Part shown: positions 26,401 to 41,400 of the stretch, piece after piece | How the letters are laid out: every line of letters begins with the position of its first letter | Numbering within the stretch: the first letter of the stretch is position 1 | Assembly: GCA_977020255.1 (NCBI GenBank) | Contig: CDROCS010000162.1 | Span: forward strand, 248,001-312,000 | Direction of reading: 5' to 3' | Source of the DNA: Obrimoposthia wandeli | Lineage: Eukaryota | DNA length: 64,000 bases | Position numbers and translations under genes: made by a program | The notes under the pieces: generated by a model | What the model was told of the DNA's origin: nothing | The model's database searches: none | Seen by the model: only the letters and a program-made list of their open reading frames with translations

Positions 26401-29400
26401 AGAGTCATTTTATTTGGTCTGATTTTAATAGAGCTAATACAATGAGCATTGAAACCCAAATATGTTCGAGCAATTAATATCATTTTAGTTATTTTGTACC
26501 CACTTAGCTTATTTAATAAATACAAATATCCCGAAATTAATAACAAACAGAAAGCACTTCAGATCGAAAAAAAATATTTTCACGATTTTAGAAAAATTAG
26601 AAAAACGAAATAGTTTAAAAAATACCGAAATTTTAATTATTTATCGAAACATATCGAAGTACAAACTAAATTTCAATGTTATCAGTTTCGGGAAAATGTA
26701 AAATTGTTCCTTTAATAAAGTTATTAATCTTAAAATAGGTTTTCACAAAAAAAGAATACTTTAAAATTATAAATGCAACACTGTGAACTATCAATAGAAC
26801 CAACTTATTTTTGAACGAAGGTCTCCTAAACGAAATTAATGATAAAACCATATCAAACGATTTTAACTTAACATTTAAATGTATAAAAATATTTTCTGTT
26901 GCTAACTTGTAATTTATATAAAAAATATTTTTTGTCGAAACTGATAAAGTGAAAATACTTTCAAAAAACGTTTAATTAAAAATTGCAAAATATGTATCGA
27001 TAGATAATTGTAAGCATATGATAATTAAATTATTTTAAATTATTTTAAAGGTTGTTATTAAAAATAACAAATGAGATAGTTTTCAATTTTTCAGAAATAT
27101 TTTCTGTTTGAAATAGAATTTTTTATCAATATTATGTACATGAGTACAAGTACATAGCTTCATATGTATTTCTTATTTTTTCTTAAAATATCCCTTTTAT
27201 TTTTGTTTTTTATATGTTTAATAAATGAAAATTATAAAATCATTTCAATGTTCATGCAATTTATCAAACAGTGGTAATGAATATATAATCTTTTGAAGCT
27301 CTAACTAAGAATAATCTATTGGAGAAATTCCTTCGAATATTTATTTGATTATTGAGTTTCTATCAACAACATACTGCTTAAGTATTTTCACTCTATATTC
27401 TATGTGCTTTTATAGGAAATCAATATAGTTGTTAAAATTATGCGCAATTGATTCAGTCTTATTTTTATCTAAAAATAACTAGAACGGATTTATTCAGAAT
27501 GCTTTGTAAACAATGAGAGTTTTATGAACCTTGAATTACAGTTATATAATTTAGAAGAATGTGTTAACATTTCAACAATTTATTAACATAAATACTGATG
27601 AATAGTCAAGATTTTTATCCGATGAAAGTTGCAATAAATCTTTAATCTGATCAGTCATTGTTGAAGTTTCATAACAAAAAGTCAATTTTAATCATGTTAT
27701 TTCATTGCACATTGTATTTCACCTTAAGAATTGAAATATCCTAAAATTATATTTCTGTAAATTTCGTTTACAAAATGTATATTTTTTTGTAATAAAAAAT
27801 TTTAGGTAATCATATTAATATTAATAAAATATGCACATTGGTGTTTTAAATTCTTTTGGAATAATTTTTTTTTTAAAAACTAGAAATACATTGACAATTT
27901 ATTTATCTTAAATGACTTGAAAGTTGATTTTTATTTAAAATATGATTCAATTTAACTATCACTTACTTGAGTTTGAAATCAATGAAAAACACGCTGAAAA
28001 TTAAAAAAAACATATCATTTAGAATACATAGTTAACATAACTACAGCAAAAGGTATGCTTGTCTTTTAGGATATTTATTATTAAGTAAGTCATTAATTTT
28101 ATAATTTATTTAGTATGTTAATTTTTAGTATGTACATTAAACTTATCTCACGAAACTGCTAGATTTTTGGAAAATATAAATATAACATCTTTATGAAGTA
28201 GATGGCATGATAATTAACTCACAATTTATTTGGAAGATCAAATTGTGTAAATGTTTCATGGTTACTTCGATATAGATTTAGGTAATTAGATTTGATCTCA
28301 TGTGATAATTCTTGGCTTCTACTTTAATAAAAAAATTCGACTTTGATTGCATTAAAATATATTAAAAGAAATTTTAGTATTTTACATTTTATTTATTATT
28401 TAATTCGTATAATTAACATTTAAATGAATTGTCGTCATTCTAACTATTAGTTTTCTTTTTATCAATACACTGAAAAGTAAAATTGTTCATGGTTATACGT
28501 AGTTAAATTTTCAAGGATATATAAAATATTCATTTATATGTATAAAAGAATAATTTATGAATTTAACATTTTATAATGTTCATAGTGGGTTTTCTGAAAA
28601 TAATTTCCTTTCTTTGAATGTGATTTTTAATTTAACTTTACTATTGATATATCAGTTTGAAAAAAAATTGAAAGATTTTAAAATAATTTTTTTGTAAAAT
28701 TATTTCGGGAATTATTTTAATAAAATATTTAGATAAATGTAAAATAAAAGAATAATTGATAAACTTTCAATTTCTTAAAAATGGATTTTATATATTCTTC
28801 AATCAATTGATCAATTATTGTTTTTCGGAACAATTTTTTTTTTTTTTAAATCTAGGGGTTTTATTTTAGAAAATAATTTAAATAGAAAGTATATATATAT
28901 ATTTTTGCATTTAATTTTTTGTATAAAATAAGTTAAATAATATACAAAATAAGAAAATAATACAAACAGACATTGAAAAGTAAAAGTGATGCTATTCTGT
29001 AGATTAAATTTACCTTAGACAAAATGTCTTGGCAATTTATTCCTAGAATTTACCAAAACGGGCTATTTTAGATGAACAGTTTAAAACTAAATAAACTTAA
29101 TATTCGACACAACTGTTTTGTTGCCAAACATGGAATTTTGTCCACTATTTTCTGAATTACGAGTATAATAAATGAAAATATTATTCAGGGATATAAAAAT
29201 TTAACATCCAAATCCGCCTCAACGCAACAACTTTTATATATACATTTATGCCATGGTTTCCTTATTAGAAGACAAGTTTTATATTATTTTTCCTTCAAAA
29301 TAGCAGAATAATTTAATTGGTGGTAACACTTATAATTCAAATAAAAAAGTAACAACTCAAAGTTTGATTAAAGTAATAAATTTATAGGATTTAAAAGAAA

Positions 29401-32400
29401 GTATATATATTTTACAGTTACAAATAATATATTTAAAATAATTTATCAAACTAAAAAACTAGCGTTTTATATTTATTTTTATAAATTAGTCTTTTCGTGT
29501 AAAAAATGTTCCGAGCTTTTGCCTATATTATATGACAGCATAACAATATCATAAGGTTTCTATTTGAACAGATCTTATAACATGAGAAGTACGATATATA
29601 ATGATTTCAAAAACACATTATTTCCCTTTAATAATTTTAAACAATCTGTATAAAAGTAAATTTAAAGACAAAAAATGAGTCGATTATTAACTGAAAATTT
29701 GTCAGTTTATTATTGTTAAAATAAAAGGGTAATACAAAGAAATGCAATGAAAAATTAAAGTTTGTGTTTAGAAATATAAAACTATACTTTTAAAAAATAA
29801 ATAAATAAAATTGAAACTTGTTTATAACAAGAGTTAAAATAAACGTTAAAGCATTTTTGTATCAAGGAAATATATTTAATTTGCACAAATGTGAGAGCCA
29901 AATTAATATTAGTTTATCCCAACAACTCAAAACTCACTATTTCGTGTTGATCTCCTTGATTGTTGGGGTGCTACAAATAAATACAGCAAATAAATATTAC
30001 CGGTAATAATATACGATTCTCTTTTATTATTAATACAATAAACTAATACACTTATCATGTTCTTATCTTATGTTCTTAAATAGTTCATACATAGCTGTTA
30101 GTTTTAAAACATTCCTTTATATGACTTCCACGAAATTCATGTTGTTCCAAAATTATCTCTGAATAAAAATATGCAGATTTAGCAAAATATTTAGACAAAT
30201 ACAGTTTCTAAAGAGATCAAGATGAATTTATAAAATAAATAACATTAACTAAATACTATTTCTAGAAATATCTGTCATATGTATTCATAAACAGGAATCC
30301 ATAGGCAAATGTGGTAATATAATATTTAAATTTGCTTGCACTATTATTCTCATGACATTTTGGAAGAGTTAAAAAACACAACATTTTTTATTGGGCTGAC
30401 AATAATCTCAAGGTACGCATTTACAACCTAAGAGTACTGAAAAAAATACAAATCAGTCGCCATCTATCTGGTAATAACGATGATTTAATGTAGATTTCAT
30501 TGTCGATTTTTTAATATAGTAGTATTAAGTTTAAATATTTTACAGAATATATTCCCTACTCCACAGTGAATTTAGGAACACACTCAAGAGAACATTTGCC
30601 ATTAAATAAATGTATATTCAAAGTTTCCTGTAGTATTCTTTTAAATTAATAAGTTACAAACTGTTAAGAATAAAAAAATTGTTGTTTAAAATTGACTAGA
30701 AAAATAGTTTTGTCAACCAATGGAATCATTGAAGCATCTTTCTCCCATAGGACTGTTTTGACACCTTAAACACAATTTGATTGACAACATACTGATTTTC
30801 TTGAAATGTCTACTAAAATAGAAAAACGTTTTTGTGTGTGGAAAGACGTTGTTGTTTTTTGTGAGGAAAGCAGTTTAAATACAAGAAAAAGTAACACTTT
30901 CCTTCAAACTTTTATGCTTTTTTTTATTTTTTTTGTGAATGTCTTACTTGTTTTCTCAACATTTTGAAGGCCTTAGTACAATGTTAATACCCTTGTATAT
31001 TACTATAAACAATAATATTTATCAAATAAAGTATGTACTATGTAAGTAATGGTAAAAAGGTTATTTTGTCAAAAGATACGAGAAAATGCTTCATAAATAT
31101 CTTACCAATGAATCGAGATTGAAAATCATCCTCAAGTCTTTGATCTATAAAGGTCAAAAATACATATTTGAAATTGAGATTTTGACCATATATAACATTT
31201 AATTTGTTAAATTTAAAAAGGATATTTTGAAAATGCAGATGACCCTTTCTTTCGTTAAATTGAATTTAAAATAATGTAAGGATTACATATAACACTGATG
31301 TACAATTATTTTAAATGTTTTATGATACCACAGATGATGATTATTTATCATTTTTACAATGTATTCAAAAATAAAACTCATTTTTTGCATCACATTACAA
31401 ATATAAACCATTAACTGCCGTGTGTCCGTCACTTATTTTCATCACAAATGCATATAAAATAATATAATTTCCACACCCTTCCCTTCCTAAGGGAATTCTG
31501 ATTGATGAAGGGTTCTATAATAGTGACAAAATTACACGTACAAGAGTTCATTTTGGAGCATTAGGTAACAATGTCAGTTAAAAACTACTCTGCACCCCAA
31601 TACACCTTTAACTGCGTTTCAACTGAAATCAACACTAAAATGCTTAGAGAATATTATAATAAATATTTGTAAAACAAAATCATGTCTAAAAATGTAATTG
31701 CATTTTTAACTTCTAATCATAAATTTCACTATCATCTTTCCCCAAACGAAACCATCAAATCAATTTCTTTCAAAATGTTAAAAAAAACTAAAACATTACC
31801 AGAAGTTTCAACTACAACACTACTCCGAATGCGAAATGAGAGGCTTTGAATTGGAACATACCACTAATGTGTTGGATTTCTTTTAAATATCAGCAAAAAT
31901 GCAAATTTGTTTTAAACAAAAAAAATAAAACAATTATAATAAATGAGTTAATCATCAAAATTAAGAAGATAACATTCAATTGAATATATATGTTTATATA
32001 TTTGTATTTACACATCATCATGAAAATGATGGAATTGAATCAAAAATATTGTAGTCAAATCTTTCTTCGTTTCGTAAAGTAAACAGTTTTAGGATATTTA
32101 AATAGAACAAAGGACAGTTAAACCAGAAGTGGGATTTTATTCTGCTAAATAAGAACTTAACAATATAATATAAAATAGACATAAAACCTGAGATAAATTT
32201 AATATAGTCCGATTTCTTAGTAAAGTAAGATTCATTATTCAAAAGTCACATATCAGCAACTTTGACTGTAATATTTTTTAAATCGGGTGTCGATGTATTT
32301 TTTGAATTCTTCAAAATTTTTACACTTTCTAACTACTAATGGTAAACTTTTGAAAAGCTGGTATGCATACACCTGGAAAACATAGTTTTCTTTCTTAGAT

Positions 32401-35400
32401 TTGAATCATCGAATTGCCAGTCTTCTCCTAACGCAAAATTTAAATTTCAAGAGTTTATACAAACATGGAGAGAACTTTACAACCAATTATTTTTGAATAA
32501 ATAACTACAATAATTTTGAATCATGTTTATGTTATACGCTATTTGAGCATATATCAGCAACCAATGAAGTATATATTTCTGTTATGTATAATGTTCAATT
32601 TATGAAGAATCTGCCCTGATTTGTTCATAATTATGTTTATTTAATTTTGTTCAATTTGTGGAAGATTGTACAATAATGAGTTGAAAGGCTAATCTAGAAG
32701 TAACAATATCATTCTTAAACAGTTTCATTATTTGTATTCTTATTTTTTAATAGATAACAGTTTTGTTAATTTAAGAATATTATATTCAGTTTCTTATTAA
32801 GAAAAAATCCATGATTTTTATTTAATATTGTTGATGTAGCTTTTAACAATATAATAACTTTAAAGAAATTTGTAAACCAAGAATAATAACTTTAGCTATT
32901 TATCCATTTAATTTATGATATCTGTTAAGCTTCCTGATTTCTATTTCATCAATAATGTTGTTTAATTTTTTATCAAATGTTCTTTCTTCAATTATGAGAT
33001 TGTCGGCTGGGTGTCATCAACATAAACTTGATATTGAATTCAAAAATTTTTGAATGTATTCTTAATCGAAATTATACATATAAAAACCAAAATTGTAACT
33101 AAAATTGAGCCTTAGAATATTTTTAAACTTCAATTATGGAAAACTCATAATAAGCTTTAACTATCTGTTGTTAGGATTTAAAAAGCTTCCAAACATTTAC
33201 AAATTTATTTATTTGAATCCAGCATTTCTGTCTACAGCAGAATACAGCAGTTTCAGATACTGTACAGGACAATTTCCTAGAGCTATCTTACACAATATGT
33301 AATTGAAAACATTTAGTGATGCTGTTTCCATAGAATGTTAAGAGCGAGTTGACGACTAATATTCTAGAAAAATAATGTAATATTCTAAATAGAACAATAA
33401 AACGAAAAGTAAGATCATTCACAATAACGTTTACCAGAAAGTAAGATTTCGAACAATTAGAATTATTCTTTAATGTCGGGCAAAGTATTGCTCATATTTG
33501 ACTCTTTGGAATTAATCTAGATAATAAAATTATTGGGCAATAATTTTTCAATTAAATGTATTATAGTATATAAAGTATTTTGGTATTTAACAAATAAGTT
33601 GAAAGTAGATAAATTTCATACACCATTGACTTAATTTGAACCATAACTTAAATAATTTCTTTCGACGTCAGTTTCTTTAACTCAAAGTACATTTTATTCC
33701 AAGGGTCAAATTCTTATAAAGGGGTTCTAATTTTCAATTGATATTATTTTCTAAATCGACTTTTTGTAAAAGATTATTATAAATATATTTGTAATTACTT
33801 TAATACATGCAATAACTTAATCAGCAATAAAATAATGCAGAGCAGATATAGGTGACTGTGACGTTTGCTAGCATTATTTGGTAACACCAGGCTTAAAATT
33901 CATCAATTTATAACAAGCCATTTTCATTTGAGTTGATGGTGAATTCGACGTATATTCATATAAACCATCATTTGACATTAGTTCACATACATAATAGGTT
34001 GAGTAACTGCCACTGATAACTTCAGGAGTACTGGATTCTTCTGTCAAAGGTTCAGCATCAGTAATATAACTATCATGTTCGGGAACTTCGTGTTCAGAAA
34101 ATTCTTCGTTAGAGAACATTTTAATATAAATATTTAAACAAATTATGCATTTTTAATCGAAATATAAACATATGAATATACATTCTTCGTTAAAATCATT
34201 AAAATACTTTAAAAATAATTTTTGCTTTAATATTTGGTATAAGTGAACTGAAATGCGGTTAGGTTATTTTTTAAAACGTGTAATTACTAAAATGTATACA
34301 CCATATATCAGATATATCCAGGTGAATATCCAAAGAATCATCATGAAATACAAGAAGAATAAGTAGAACTTCATTTCGGGTAACTTAGAACCACAAAGGG
34401 GTATTAATGTCGAGAAACAGTGAAACAGATTCAAATAAAAACAACAATGAAACGAAAATTGTAAAAAGAAACTAAAATGTAAATGTATCGAAAAGTTGAA
34501 GAAATTAAAGAGAAATTTGTATGACAAAAATAGAACTTATGAGATGTGTATCTACAAAACGTCATTTTAAAAACAGACTATAATTAGAATATAAAATTCA
34601 GATGACCAACACTGACTTGTTTCGCAGGGTTTTGGGGTTTGCTGGGGTTGCTCACCTGAATGATTATTTTTGTCAAATGTAAGAAAAAAATAGTGACAAG
34701 TAACTTAACCCGATTATCAAAATCATTCATTTGGCTATTTAAGGGTATCACATTATGGATGGACAAACAAAGTACTTGGAAGTGAATAAATTATTTAGTT
34801 TTCAGCCCATTCCGACCATATCAATTTTTATGTTTTTGTGGTAGCCAGCTCTAGGGAGAGCTTCAGTTTCCCTCCGTGACAAACCAAACCCATCTTTGAT
34901 GTACAACTAGCCTGGGAATAGGTGAGTGAGTGTTGACGATGATGAATTAAGGTGAGACCAGTCACACAGTCTGGTTGTGTATATGACTGGGTGGCGGGCC
35001 TTAACATAATATATGATTAATTTAAAAAAAAATTATTTCATATACAATAAATATGACCATGACAAACGATGAAGAAAGGTTTTCAGACAAACTAAGCAAA
35101 GTATAGGGAGACAAGATCAATTTGTTTAGAAATTTTGAAAATATAATCCAATACAAAAGAAATGTTGAAGAATTATCAAAATTGACAGCATACTTTTTCA
35201 AATACTCCATAAAAGACAAAGTAAAAAAAAATTAGAGGTTCAAGATAACTGAATTTATCTTGAAGATAAATGTTTCGAGAATTCTACGCTACTGGATAAA
35301 TAATATAAATAAATCATATTTATAGTAATAAAAATTAACGTAAATAAACATTAAAAGAAAAGATTAAAAGTTGTGAATTAAATACTAAAATTAGGGGTTA

Positions 35401-38400
35401 AATTAAGAAATATTGTGTCCTTTAATTAGGCCAAATAGGTGTATAAAGCGATATTGTTGAGTAAGGAAGTGTGAACAATACGAAGAAGGGATAAACAGAA
35501 GATGAAACAGACGAGACAGATCGACTAACATAAGTGGAAAGCCCTCAGAAAGATCAAAAACAGCCAAGAGTATACTAATACGAGCAAATACTCTCAGAAA
35601 CAAAGCAGCTGTTCGCACACACCACACTGAGACCTTTTGGACATAACGATCGATCACACAACAAATCCAAGGGTTGAGAGACGGCCAACAATAAGCAGCT
35701 GATCAGAGAAACGAAATTATAATTAGGAAAATGAAAGTTTTACAATAATTAAAAAACATAAGACTTTCATTTCAGGAGACAGAGGCCAGAAGAACTGGAA
35801 ACAAGAACGACAGCCAAGGAATTCATACCGAAACTAAGCCGAGTCTCGTTAGGATCGAGAAGAACATCACAAAAACTTGGAATCGACAGCCAATGCCAGA
35901 CAGCAGCAACTAACGCCAGCGTATCGTAATACCGATAATTTGAAGTTGATAAAAGGAATTGAATATAAATTGAATCCTTAAAATTAATGTAAGAGCCTAT
36001 CCCCCGTGACATAAAGTAGTTAGAAATCAGCTGTTCATATGCAACTTAATGGGAGTTGATTAGTTTACTGTAAGCTGTTTATTGTTTTATCTGTTCATTG
36101 TTTAATTGTTTTTCTACATTGCGTATCTAATAAACTGTCAAATCAACAAGGTTTGCCTTCATTTAAGACCCTGAAAGTTAGTGCACTTAAAATACTTGTA
36201 GAAATGTCATAAAAGTGATCCATACTGTTTGACGGGAAGGTCAACTCTAAGTAGAGTCGTCCTACTTATAAACTGCCATTTCGTGGACTAGGCTTAGACA
36301 AACTATTTTTGAATTTAACCAACCTTTGGCCTAACCGGTTGTTGTTTACAAACCCACACTACACAATATTAGTTTTGGGGAAATTTCAGAAAATTGTACA
36401 CAGACAATTATGTACCACAAAAACACAGTCAGAAAGATATTTTAATCCAGCCGTAAGCCCAATCATTGCAAGATCCATGTTGGGGCCTCCATACGAGAAT
36501 TCGGAACAAGAGTTTTAGAAAACCCAACATATGATAGGCTTGGTCTGACCTAGGTCAGACCTTTAAGGATTGACCTAAAATGGTGTAAAACTTTCAAATT
36601 ATTTTTATTTCTCTACCTTTAAAAACAATTATAATGTACTTTATTTCACTTTGATTAAAGCTTCATTTTTTAATATTTTTCTACTTTACAAAACAATAAG
36701 TTAATATGTTTATTATTATTGTAAGGTAATATTTCTCCTTATATTCTAGATTTAAACCGTTTAGATTCTAATAATCAATATTTATCATGGAAAATTATCT
36801 TAATTTATCAAACTTTGTTACGTAATATTCGTATTAATTTATGTTTTATTGAATAAAGTCTTGAAATTTGCTTAATGTGTTTAAATTTAGATAAATTTAG
36901 ATATTTTTCAATGATAAGCAATGATAATTTTAAGTTAAACGGTTAAAATCTGGAGAATGTTTTTATTATAGACAAATTAACTTAAAATAATTAATAAATT
37001 ATTAACTTACTAAGAATAAGTAGATTTCAGAATAGATTGATAACATTTCAATGATTCTTTTTCACTTATATTCATTTTAAAACTTGATATCAAAAACTGT
37101 TTCTTATGAATACGATACCTACTAGTAGAGGTACTCAAAATTATTCGTCAAGCATATATATCTTAATATAAAAATTATGTTACTGTGTTGATTTAACCGA
37201 TATAATACAACAAAAATAGATATTTTATACATTTGTTTCAGTCAATGTTAAATAATTCCTATTATAATATTTTTTTTTTAAATATAAAAAAAAGCAACAA
37301 TTAATTTTATTGACACATTAGATATCTTATATTTACTATTTTTCTATTTATTCTTCATCCACATATTGGGCATATTGAAAATTTGTTTGAACAATGAGAA
37401 GGTTGACAGAGAATCACATTCGAAAATCCACCTATCCTATAAGGACCTCAAAAGTACATGTCTGCTATAGTAGATGTCAATACATGTCAAAGCAGTGGAT
37501 GTTCAACAGACGTTGAGTCATTATCCGTCATGATAAGTGATCGATCAGTCATTACGAGTCATTGATGATGTCATCGTTCCTAAAATGAAGTCATACCATA
37601 AGAGGAACAAACCCAAATATCTACCCTGGCATCGACCAAAAACCCGTAAAACGGACACACTCCAGTGAATGTCCCTAAAAATGACGTACTGGGGAAAATC
37701 TTGCGTCAAACGTCAACACCCCACGGGATATGTCTTTGTTCTCAAAGCACATCCCTCTATTTACCATAAGCAAAACACTCAGGTGACATACACTTACATG
37801 TTTCAGATGGTTTTGGAGGAGCTTCAGGTAGCTCACCTGAAAAAACACAATTATTATACGCGAAGCGTTAAAATAATTGATGCAAAAACAGATGATTAAA
37901 AGTATAAATATTGAATTCCCATTTTAAAGTAGATTGTGTGAGTGATAAAAAGTGCATTTGAATAAACTGTCAATTTTATTAAAGTTTTATTTATAAAGTA
38001 CAATAGGATACATTCATATCAGTGACGGGAAGCGGGATCACCACCACAGGCAATACCAACAGCAGTATTCCACCAAAAAGGTTATGATAACTGTTTGGGG
38101 GTCAATATAGGAAATTGTGCACTCTATCGATTTGAATGAAGGCGAAATAATTAATTCAGACTCCTGTTACAGAAGAATTGATATAATTCGTCAAAAATAT
38201 GATCAAAGCAAACCAGTAAAGATAATCGGAAAGGACCCATTTTGATCAATGACAATGCCAAATCACATCTATTGATTGGCACACTGGAGAACTTAATGAG
38301 CTTGTAGTATGAAATCCTTCTACATCCCTCATACTCACCAGATCTGGATCCATCCGATTTTCATATCTTTAAGTATTTATCATCATTTCTGGATGTGTAG

Positions 38401-41400
38401 AAATTTGATAATATACAAAGCATAAAGTCAGAGGTATGCAACTTCTTCTAGTTTAGAAATTTTAAAAAATTAAACAGTTATGAATCTCTTACGAAACGTT
38501 GAAAAATAATATAGAACAAGAAATGTATTATTTTGATTAATTATTGTTTTAATTTATTTATATAAAACCGACATGAACTATGTAACAACCTAATATGTAT
38601 TAGACAATTGTTTCAAGTAGAAATAAATCTAAATATCCTTGCAGTATTCATGTTTAGAAATTACATTTAGTTGATAATTCAACAACTGGCAGATTGTCGT
38701 ACAATGCAACAAACAATTAATGAAATATATAAGTAGTGCAAAGTGTCGGTTCGAACTTATGGACTCAAACCCTCCTGGGTCATAAGTTATAAGTTAATAG
38801 GTCAGAATAACGGCTTTTGTGTGTCATTCCCAGAAACATTTGAGCACAAAGCAACAGTAAATCTTTAATTTTTCATTTTTCCCGATATACTTTCTATGTT
38901 GATAATATTGAGTAAAAATCCAATTTTAATTCGTCTATATGATATGTATTATTTATTGAATAATCAATTTTTAAAATTTGTGAATTATAAGTTAATATTT
39001 ATAATCCATAATTATATTTAGTGATAGTTAGACTAAGTAAAAATGAAAATAAAAAAATTCAATTGCATGGGAGTTGTATAAAAACAGATTAACAAGTATT
39101 ATTACCGTTAATCGTTGAAACTGAAATAAAGCCTAAATTAAGAAAAATAATCTAGGGTGATGGATTAGAGTAAACTGTAATATTCTACTAATAGTCTACT
39201 TTAAAAATTTCATTGATATAATTTTTTATTAAATCCAATAAAATACCGAATTGAAAAATTTATTTTACAAAACACTGTGCATCATTTTGAAGTAAGTTAT
39301 TTTGTTATTGATTTTAATGTGTCGTCTACTTATATTTATGATAAAGAAAAGTTACACCATAAAGGATACGGAAAAGAAAGATGAAAAACAAAAAATAGGC
39401 TCGTGTCAAACATAGTCTTCTAAATGACCTTCGTTTTAATTATGTTATTAAACATATGATATTTGTTTTTCGATCGATGATTCAGATTTGATTTTATGAG
39501 TAAAGATAGCTTATCTTTACGTTTTAAAAGAGCATTTGACAGAGGTTCAGTTGGGATCTATTTGTTGGGACTAGACTTGCTGCACTTCTTATGAGAGCCT
39601 GTAGTTCGTGAGTTCTTGTGTAAAAGACCTTCCCTGATTATTCTCATCTCTGAAGATAAGTGAATGTAAGAACAAACATAATGAATGAACAATCTACTAT
39701 ACTACAGAAACATAAATAAAACAGGGCTATCGTCTAATTTAAAATAAAACATAATACACTTATAGGAATACAAAATTTAACAAATTGTATCAGATAAATT
39801 TGATATGGTAATCCTTCTCGATATGTAATTCTCGTTGCAATTCTCCCTTTCCTTCTTTCTTTTATCCTTTAGCTAGTTCTCTAATTCTAACTTATGTTTG
39901 ATTCATTATCCTTCCTCCAGTACTTGTGACTGCTTTCTATTGGTTGGTGTTGGCAAATTTCCTAAGATTCCAAAACTTACATCCATGTGGGCGAGGGACT
40001 AATTCAGCTCTTCTTCGTTTCTTTCAGTCTCGCTGCGAAACCCTCTCTGCTTCAGATGTCTGACTAATATACCTGTTTTTCCTTTATTGAGTAGATAAAT
40101 TATTTTAAAATACTTATTTGTCCCTTAATTTGGTCTTAGCCAATACTATAAATATAGCCACTTTATCTATTTTTTGAAACTCTAATCGTCCTTTTCTGAA
40201 CCTCAACATATGAAATAATAGGATATAATGATATTTTGAGTTAGAAAACTAGATAAGACTGTTAATTCAGAGATGTGGTTTTATTAATAAATGAAATAAT
40301 TTCAAAACTAAGACGACATTATTGAGCTTGATTTCTTCCTAAAACAATATAATGACAATGTAACATGTTCATATGCATTTGTAAGAGTTCTTGGATGACA
40401 GTATCGTAATCAATATTAAACTATAGTAGTATAAAGGTTGTTTTAATAGAATGTGTGGCTTCTAGAACGGGTCGTCATTTAAACTATCAGTAATTCGGAA
40501 ATCGATTTTGAAATATACTGCTCTAAAATGTCTGGGAATCCTTTATATGTAAACTTGAAAGCACCATTTCTCAAAGACAATTGCTTAAAAACAATTTGGA
40601 TTATTGGATTCGTGATTAGAGGGTTCGATTACTCCATAGAGGTTGTAACCTAATTCTTCAGATGATATGAACTCGGTTTAGAAAATGTGTGCTTTCGAGA
40701 AGGTCTGACTAACGATGGCACATAAACATTGAGCCTATGCATCTTCTACAGAACCAATTTAAACAAAAGTTTTTGTATTTTCATTGAGTTTACTTTAACA
40801 CAACACACTTTATGCTACCATGATTAATTTGAACTATTCTCTACTAATCATCAATCTATATAAATATTATGGGACATTTCTGACAATCTGAGGTTTGAAA
40901 AAGAAATAATTAAATATCAGAATATAATTTTTTACAAAGTCCCATTAACATCCATAATGAATAGTAGACTATTATAATTATTTCCTAATTGTTGTAAAAT
41001 ATTTAAAAACTTCAAATAATACAACTCACATATTTTAGATGGCTTTGGTGGGGCTTGAGGTTGCTCACCTATAAAAATTTTAAAATAAAAAAATCTGATA
41101 AACAATTCAAGCAATAAAGGCTTTTTTTCTAACATGATCTGTAAATCTTCAGTTTTAATAAAAATTCCAAAAGGTCCTAAAATGTTACCTTTTTAATTCC
41201 ACTTTTAAATAAAGCTGGTTTTTTAGTTATCGATAATATTATGTATGGCTAACTATAAAAAAAAATTATTTGATTTACCCATTTTTCATTTTTCTGTACC
41301 AAAATTTTAATTGACTTTTCATTTATTTCCCATAATCTTATTTAATTTTTTTTCAATTCTAAAGGTTTGAGGTGAAATTTTCAACATTTGTGAAGTGCAC

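Noticed and set aside
29014-29042. 29-nt AG..GT segment (GINCQDILSK)
   Set aside because: Not a multiple of 3, so it would break the phase-1 frame; no support for a separate gene.
37556-37579. 24-nt candidate exon (xTMTSSMT)
   Set aside because: Starts with GA after a T-ending exon, creating TGA, and sits in an unrelated GC-richer block; cannot be separated from chance.
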